A stretch of DNA of 64,000 nt from Okamejei kenojei (Eukaryota), in the NCBI GenBank assembly GCA_035221665.1, contig CM069144.1, forward strand, positions 34,596,001-34,660,000. The letters are read 5' to 3'. Shown in pieces: positions 56,430-64,000 of the stretch (positions within the stretch are counted from its first letter, which is position 1; each line of letters opens with the position of its first letter). The notes beneath the pieces were generated by a model. It had not been told where the DNA came from and did no database searches. It saw nothing but the letters and a program-made list of their open reading frames with translations. A program made the translations under genes and the position numbers.

Positions 56430-57385
56430 CTGCATGCAGAGAAATGATGCCTTGTAGTCAAGGATCATCATCTTGGGTCCAGCTCTGAAGAATAACATTC
56501 CAGAATAGATCCATGTCCAGCCATCACTCTGGCTGTGGTCAGTTACAACACCGGCACCTACCTGACATTGTGAAAAATCTACTTCAGCTAAATACAGTCC
56601 AAACACACCACTCATTCAACAGCAAACTGATGGGAAGTATCATGATGTGCTATCAAAATGGCTTGAACCCTGCAATAATTCCACTGTTGGTCATTGGTTT
56701 CATCAGGACCAAGCATGAACTAAACAGCTAAGTTATAAGTGAGGTGAAATGTAAAGGCAATATTTGACTGAACATGGCATTAAGGAGCCCAACTAAGATG
56801 GAGATTAAAATATATAAAAGGGAAAGTTATTTAAAGGCTGGCATAATTCCTTGCACAAAGAAGGTATTTGTGGTTTTTGTAGTTCAATCATCCCAGTCCC
56901 AATACATTACTGTAGAAGTTCTCAGTGCAGTGCCCTGAGCCCAAATATCTTCAGCTATTTCATCAACGATCTTCCTTCCCTACATCATATGGTCACACGT
57001 AAGACTATTTGCATTTAGTTTCAATTTCATTCCAACCTCATTCTCAACTCCACAACAAACGAGCAACCAATGCCTGCATGCAGCAATGAACCAGCCATTC
57101 ATGCATAATTGATGATCGATAATTCACGGTTGATAATTGGAAGAGGTTACACCTTCCAAATGTGCCCCAAAGTGGCCATCTCCAACAAGGAAAAAGTCTA
57201 ACCACTTGACAATAATATTGTTAATAAACATCAAAACCATTAATGTTCTGGGGATCACCATTGATGAACATACAACCTATATCATGATGCCTGAGAGCCT
57301 TTCCATCAAGGCACAAACCAGGAGTGTGGTGAAAAATGCTCCACTTGCCAGAATATGTATGATCCATCAACACAGGACAAAGTAG
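56430..57385 (+). mobile_element. Heavily decayed CR1/L2-clade RT fragment
   Basis: Remnants of RT motifs (GFHQD, AIFD-TWH, IFSYFINDLP). Confidence 0.5.
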
Positions 57386-58294
57386 CCCCCCCCCCCTCCC
57401 CCACTACCTGAAACATTAATTTCCTTTGTCATGGGCATGTTGTGGGCCATTTCCATATTGCCTTATAATTATTCGTAGAAATGACTATCTAGTTCTGCTG
57501 CCTGCATTTTGTTCCACTCTTCTCTTTGAACCTAGCTTGGTTCTCTGGTTTGATGGCAATGATGTAATGGGGAATGTGCCCATCATGAGGTTACAGATAG
57601 TGGTAAAATGTACCTGTGTACTGAAAGATGTCTCATTTTAAGTTGCTTGACTTGCTGTTGATCATCTTCTTGCGTATGGTATGCACAGCCTAAAGTTATA
57701 GGACAACTTGTTCTACTTGATTGTGCACGCCAGATTGATTGCATTCGTCAAAACAGGGCAGACCATGTGAAGGTTGCAATCTCCCACCCCACTTCTTGTT
57801 GATCAGTCTCATTTATATGGTGAAATAAACATCGCATATCAGAGCAGGAGAGGGACGCCACGAATGGTGATGCAATGTACAAGGGAATCTGTGGCAGTCG
57901 GATTAGTAGGGGCAAGGTGATGCAAGTTTTTCCATGAGCTGATTGTGTCTTCATCTGTCCCAGACCCAATATGGTTGTTAGGTCACTCAGGACTCTGGCA
58001 GCCCACTCAATACAGGTGTCACAGAACTGCTCAGTGCTGAAGATTAAGTCCCCTACCCATCTGAAGAAAGATGGTAGATGGAGACTTCCTTGCCTATGTT
58101 TCAAAAATACTGTAGACAATGCTGACAATTTGAGTTACAAATCTTTCTTGCTGTATTGGTCTTTCACCATTACAATTAGCTGTAATTGCTGTTTCCATTG
58201 CACATATGGCTTGATAACTAAGTTGGACAGATCTGATGTTTGTGCCTATGTAATTTATCTTTTTGAATTAAATCAATTAATTTTACCCTGACAG

Positions 58295-58769
58295 GTGACT
58301 CTCATGGTCCACCAAACCATCACACAGGCCATTCACAAGAAATGAGGCGAGATCATAGTGCCGAGCGGGACCCTGAGCGAGGACCTCCTTTCAGGGGATC
58401 CCAGGACTGGGGAGATCACCGTGATAACCGAGGGTCTGCAGAGAGGCGAGGTCCACCACAGGACTACCACGATCGTTTTGAGGGACCCGATCAATTCCAC
58501 GATGACTTCCGCAAGGAGGAGCGATTCGGTCACCGGCCGCGGGAGTTTGAGAACCGTATGGGTCCGAACCCTCATGAGGAGGGTTGGCGAAGGGGTCCTG
58601 GTCCTCAGCGGGATTTTCCTCCTGATCAGGAGTACAGGGAATTTGGGGACCCGGAGCAGAGGGGCCCAGGTCGGTGTCCACCCCAAGGTTGGGACGGAAG
58701 GAAACCCCCGGAAGAGCGATTCCCGAGGGAGCCTGAAGATGCACGTTTTCGTGGGCGGAGAGATGACAG
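58295..58769 (+). CDS. WDR33: WDR33 exon (~18): Arg/Gly/Pro/Asp-rich region (G)DSHGPPNHH...RFPREPEDARFRGRRDD
   Basis: gacag|GTGAC...GACAG|gtggga; 475 bp; matches the WDR33 C-terminal low-complexity region. Confidence 0.88.
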
Positions 58770-58894
58770 GTGGGAACAAATTTCCAACAATTATTGAGTG
58801 GGAGACTGAGGTGAAGTTCTATTTAATCAAGAATTCTTTATTTTTATTCACAGTTGTATACTGAACTGGATTTTAAAAAGCATCAGATTGTGTT

Positions 58895-59720
58895 AGTTTA
58901 TTGTCATTTACACCAGGGTGCAATGAAATTTCTTGTTCAGATAGAGCTCGCAGAGTATACCGCGTATAGTGTAACGATAAATACACTGATGAGTGTAAAA
59001 CCGCAGAATGGTGCAATATTATAGTACAAAAAAAGTAATGTTCAATAGCAATAAGCAAATGAGGTAGAGTTAATAGTGAGGGTACAAGGCAGCACCTCTG
59101 GGAATGGGATATGAAAGAGGTGATTGGTTCTGGAACTCGATAGCAGTGGCAAAGAAATTCTTGAGTCTGGACATCCGAGCTTTCAATCTGCATCTTCTCC
59201 CAGAAAGTAGAAGAGGGAAAAGGGAATGGTCAGCACGGCGGGCATTCTTGACAATATTTTCAGCCTTCCTGATGCAATGCACCGTGAAGTTGGGCTGGAT
59301 GAAGAAAGTGACAAGCCTGTGATTGGGCTGTTTACCACTCTCTGCAGGTTCAGACGGACAAGAGCAGAGCAGTTGCAGTACCAACCAGTTTGAGGTGCAT
59401 CCCGCCATAATGTTTACCATGGCACATCTGTAGAAGTTAGAGGGAATCCCTGTGGGCAAACTGATTCTTCTCACATCGCCGAGAAAGTGAATACACTGAT
59501 GCATTTTCTTGATCACTGCATCAATTGGAAGGAACAAGGTTAGGTGATATGATGAGTAGAAGCTTGAAACAGTCGAAGATCTCTGCTGCAGCTCCATGGT
59601 TGAGCATAGGATTTTGTTCAGATCTTGCTTCCATTGATCAACAATCAACTCATTTGTCTTGCCGATGTGAAGGGCTAGGTTGATGTCCTGACACCGTAAC
59701 ACACACGTTTCTCCATCACA
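58895..59720 (-). mobile_element. Rex1/L2-type LINE 3' fragment
   Basis: Translation KTNELIVD...FYRC...HSLFPLLLSGRR...RLKNFFATAI. Confidence 0.75.
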
Positions 59721-59899
59721 GGTGGGTTTAAACCAAAAAGTCCGGGGGTGGAGTCAACAACGTGGAGCTAACGGGAAAGAGAATCTAGGAAAGGTCACGT
59801 TTAAACTAACAGGGCAGGGGGATGGGACCCAATGCAAGGAGACAGAGGGCCATAAAAGAAGGACAAAAGCAAAAGGTAGAAGGGAGATAAGAAAAGTTC

Positions 59900-61985
59900 A
59901 CCTGAAAGCTTTGTGCCTTAATTTGAAAGAAGGTGGATGCTTTGAATGCGCAGTTTGTAGTCAAGGGATATGATATAGTTGGAATTACGGAGACATGGCT
60001 CCAGGGTGACCAAGGCTGGGAGCTAAACATGCAGGGGTATTCAATATTCAGGAAAGATCGACAGAAAGGAAGAGGAGGTGGGGTGACATTGCTGGTTAAA
60101 GAGGAGATTAATGCAATAACAAGGAGAGACATTAGCTTGGATGCTGTAGAATCGGTATGGGTAGAACTGTGAATAGTCAAGGGCAGAAAATGCTTGTTGG
60201 AGTGGAATACAGACCACCAAATAGCAGTAGGGAGGTTGGGGATAGCACCAAGGAGGAAATTAGGGATGCGTACAGCAGTTATCATGGGTGACTTTAATCT
60301 ACGTATAGATTGGGCCAACCAAATTGGTAACAGTGCTGAGGAGGATTTCCTGGAATATATATGTGATGAGTTTTTTAACCAATATGTAGAGGATCTGACG
60401 AGGGCAGGCAATCCTGGACTGGGTATTGTGTAATGAGGAAGGATTAGGTAGCAATCATGTTGCGCAAGGCCCCTTGGGCAACAGTGACCATAATATGGTG
60501 GAATTCAGTGTTAGGATGGAGAGTGACATGAGAGTAATTCAGAGACTAGGGTCCTGAACTTGAATAAAGGAGACTTTGTGGGTATGATACGGGAATTGGC
60601 TAGGATAGACAGGCAAATTATACTTAAAGGGTTGACAGTGGAGATGCAATGGTGAAGATTTAAAGACCTCATGGATGAACTCAAATTGTTCATCACTGTC
60701 TGGTGAAACAATAAAACTGGGAAGGCGGCTCGACCATGGCTGACGAGGGAAGTCAAGGATAGTGTTAAACCCAAGGAAGAGGCATATAAATTGGCCAGAA
60801 GAAGTGGCAAACCAGAGGACGTGGTGAACTTTAGAACTCAACAGAGGAGGACAAAGGGGTTAATTATGAGGGGAAAATGAGAGCTTGAAAGAAAGCTTGC
60901 GAGGAATATAAAAACTGACTAAACGTTTCTATAGGAATGTAAAAAGGAAAAGATTAGTGAAGACGAATGTAGGTCCCTTACAGTCAGAGACAGGTGAATG
61001 TATAATGGGAGACAAGCAAATGGCAGAACAATTAAAGAGTACTTTGGTCCTGTCTTCACTAAGGAAGAACAAACAATCTCCCGGAAATACTAGGGGACCG
61101 AGGCTCTAGTGAGAGGGAGGAACTGAATGAATCCACATTAGTCAGAAAATGGTGTTAGGTAAACTGTTGCGACTGAAGGCAGATAAATCCCCAGGGCCTG
61201 ATGGTCTGCATCCCAGAGTACTCAAAGAGGTGGCCCTAGAAATCGTGGATGCTTTGGTGATCATTTTCCAATGTTCCCTCGACTCTGGCTACCCTCCAGT
61301 CCACAGGAACTGATCCAATGTAACTCCACTTTTTAAGAAAGGAGGGAGAGTGAAAATGGGGAATTATAGACCAGTTAACCTTACATTGGTAGTAGGGAAG
61401 ATGCTTGAGTATTATTTAAGCTGTAATAGCAACGCAATGGGAAAGCAGTGTCAGGATTAGTCAAAGTCAGCATGGATTTATGGGGAAATCATGCTTGATT
61501 AATCTTCTGGAATTTTTTGAGGATGTATCAAGTAGAATGGATAATGGCGAGCCAGTGGATGTGTGTAACTGGACTTCGAAGAAGCATATCACAAGGTCCT
61601 ATATAAGAGATTAATGTGCAAAATTAGTGCACATGGTATTGGACAGGAAAATGTTCCCAATGTTGGGAGTCCAGAACCCGGAGTCACAGTTTAAGAATAA
61701 GGGGACTGAGATGAGGAAATTAGGACTGAGATGAGGAAAATCTTTTTCACCCAGAGAGTTGTGAATCTGTGGAATTCTCTGCCACAAAAGGCAGTGGAGG
61801 CAAATTCACTGGATGTTTTCAAGAGAGTTAGATGTAGCTCTTAGGGCTAAGGGTATCAAGGGATATGGGGGAAAAGCCGGAACGGGATACTAATTTTGGA
61901 TGATCAGCCATGATCTTATTGAATGGCGTTGCTGGCTCGAAGGACCGAATGGCCTACTCCTGCACCTTTCTGTTTCTATGTCTTT
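59900..61985 (+). mobile_element. CR1 LINE ORF2 pseudogene (APE endonuclease + RT, internally deleted) with 3' tail
   Basis: YDIVGITETWL, RKDRQKGRGGGV, IMGDFN, KSPGPDGLHP, NYRPV, QHGF motifs; tail tttctatg. Confidence 0.92.
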
Positions 61986-64000
61986 CCTGTACTTCATGTT
62001 ACATAATTTGAACTAATATCCAGCTTATTGAATCCATCATCTCAACCTTCCATCGCCTGAGAGTGCATTTCAAGCAACATTGCAGCTCAAACAAATCACA
62101 GCAGGTAGCTAGAGAATGACAATTATATTACTTATACGCGAGAGATCCAATGGGTACGTTGAATTAAATGATTAATGAAAATATAGTACGTGGACTCGGA
62201 AAGGAAATGTTAATTCCATCAATCGGAAAGGAAATGTTAATTCCATCAATCACAAGTTGGTGCACAGCAGGGACACGCACAGACAAATGCATATGCAACA
62301 TCAAAAAGCTAGTAAAGAAAGTGTTGTCACAGAAATGGGAAGGCTCTGGGGCACCATGGAACATAATTGTAACACAATACTCAAGGAAAGATATCAATGT
62401 TTTGACATTTTTAGAATTCCATAAATAATCCACTACCAGAGGACTGGTAGTCGATATTCTCTACTGTTTAAAAAAACATGCAAACCTGGAGAGTCTAAAA
62501 TTCAATCCTCCAAAAAATTGAGGACATTCCATAATATGTTGAAAAAGTAGATTTGAGCAACACAAGTAACATAGTATCATCATGGTATTAGATGAACAAG
62601 ATTACACTGCACAAACCTCTAGAATCTATTTGAGGAGGTGATGAACAAACCTCTGCACAAACTTCTCGAATGTTTGATGAGGTGATTCTGATAATGATCT
62701 AGAATCTAGTCCATTATTAGATTTTCAGAAGTATGATCTTCATAGAAATGGTTCAGTCTTCGAGAGAGAATGAGGATCGATGTACCAACTGAAGTTGGTG
62801 ATAAATGGACCCTTCCGGTTCTGTGAATTATTTGTGTATATAGTTCAAGTAGTAAATACTGTATGTAAGTACAATCACAGCTGGAATTGGGAACGTTTAT
62901 GAGTATGAATCTTCTCCCTGCTGCAATTGATCTCAGTCTCTTCAAGGATGCCCCTGCAAATTGTGGGTGGGCACGGAAATAGCTTGTGAGAGATAGCCTG
63001 TCTCCACTTCATGGGAGGCAGTCAGCATTCATATCTCCAAATCAGTGTTAGGGCAAATGTCTCAAAATTCCTTCTAAAGATTTGAGCAGGTTTTGGATCA
63101 AGATGGCAATGTTTGGCTAGTGGCATTGACCATGTGATCAATTTGAGATTCATAAGTGTTTTTGTGTTGACTTGCAAATCAAATTTTAAATGCCCACCAA
63201 GTGCCACACCCCTGGACCCTATGAGAAATTGGAAATTGAAGCACTTCATCAAATTCTTCTAGGCACAGCCAAGCAGAAAATCAGACCCATGTGTAGCTGG
63301 GCTATTAACTCAGGACAACTGTAAAGTGCATTCATTGTTCCAGTTTAAGCTTCGTCCCCATGTTTTACCTGCACCACTGGCAAGTGTTTGCTTTCTGGAA
63401 TCACTTACTCAAGGTGAGCTGTGAACTTCTTAAATAGAACAAGATACCATGCAGGAATTCTGTACCTTGTATCACTTCAGAGGGTAGCATCAGCCATGTC
63501 AGATACTTCTGGTAGCCATCAGGAGTATGAGTAGTTTGTTCGCAGAAGCATTATACGCAATCCACAAACTCAATTCAGATTGGGTAAAGTGGAATTACAA
63601 AAGGGTTAAGTAGACTATAAGCAGGCAAAGTATTCTCTTGAATTATTTACAGTTCTTGAAATTGAAGTATTTCTTCAAAAGAAGCAGCATCCTGATCTTC
63701 AAGAAGATCCATGAAAAGATGCATCCTGCATCCCCAACCTGTAATAGGACAAGTACTAGACTGCTGATAACTACATTTTTAATTTACATAACATCTGAAG
63801 ACTGGGCTGGCTTTGAAGATAACACTCTGCGACCAAGGTCGTCTACATGGTCCATGCTGGCAGTCCACAAAGCCAAAATCAAGGAACTGCGATGATAACA
63901 CCTATGTTCGTTGTTATACACAGCTGCATTGACTAATTTTAAAGAATCCTGTCATGGATCAAGATTAGCAGCCAGTTATTTGGATTGCAACAATTATTTC

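Noticed and set aside
62197-62252. 27-bp direct tandem duplication
   Set aside because: Ordinary local slippage with no functional hint

Overview
Vertebrate genomic DNA, most likely a cartilaginous fish such as a skate or ray. This is inferred from the repeat content: tRNA-derived SINEs, Deu-domain SINE remnants, CR1 and Penelope elements. The window is the central part of a + strand WDR33 gene, the pre-mRNA 3'-end processing factor that reads AAUAAA within mPSF/CPSF. Sixteen coding exons (3-18 by analogy to human numbering) can be traced with GT-AG boundaries and consistent phases; the start and end of the gene lie outside the window. The introns, notably the ~29.6 kb intron 7, are full of transposon debris: Tc1, a CGGBP1-like hAT, Harbinger-type MITEs, CR1, Rex/L2, Penelope and SINEs. 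Most notable observations: (1) an intact, hydrophobic intron-6 read-through ORF followed by a cluster of poly(A) signals, resembling the C-terminus of the short human WDR33 membrane isoform; (2) a diverged tandem duplicate of a ~255-bp non-coding element with block-wise conservation in intron 7; (3) several Penelope-borne minimal hammerhead ribozyme motifs whose best-preserved cores are antisense to the host pre-mRNA; (4) a possible decayed, unidentified antisense gene in intron 7; (5) a homogenised 18-bp GPQGHP collagen-like repeat expansion.
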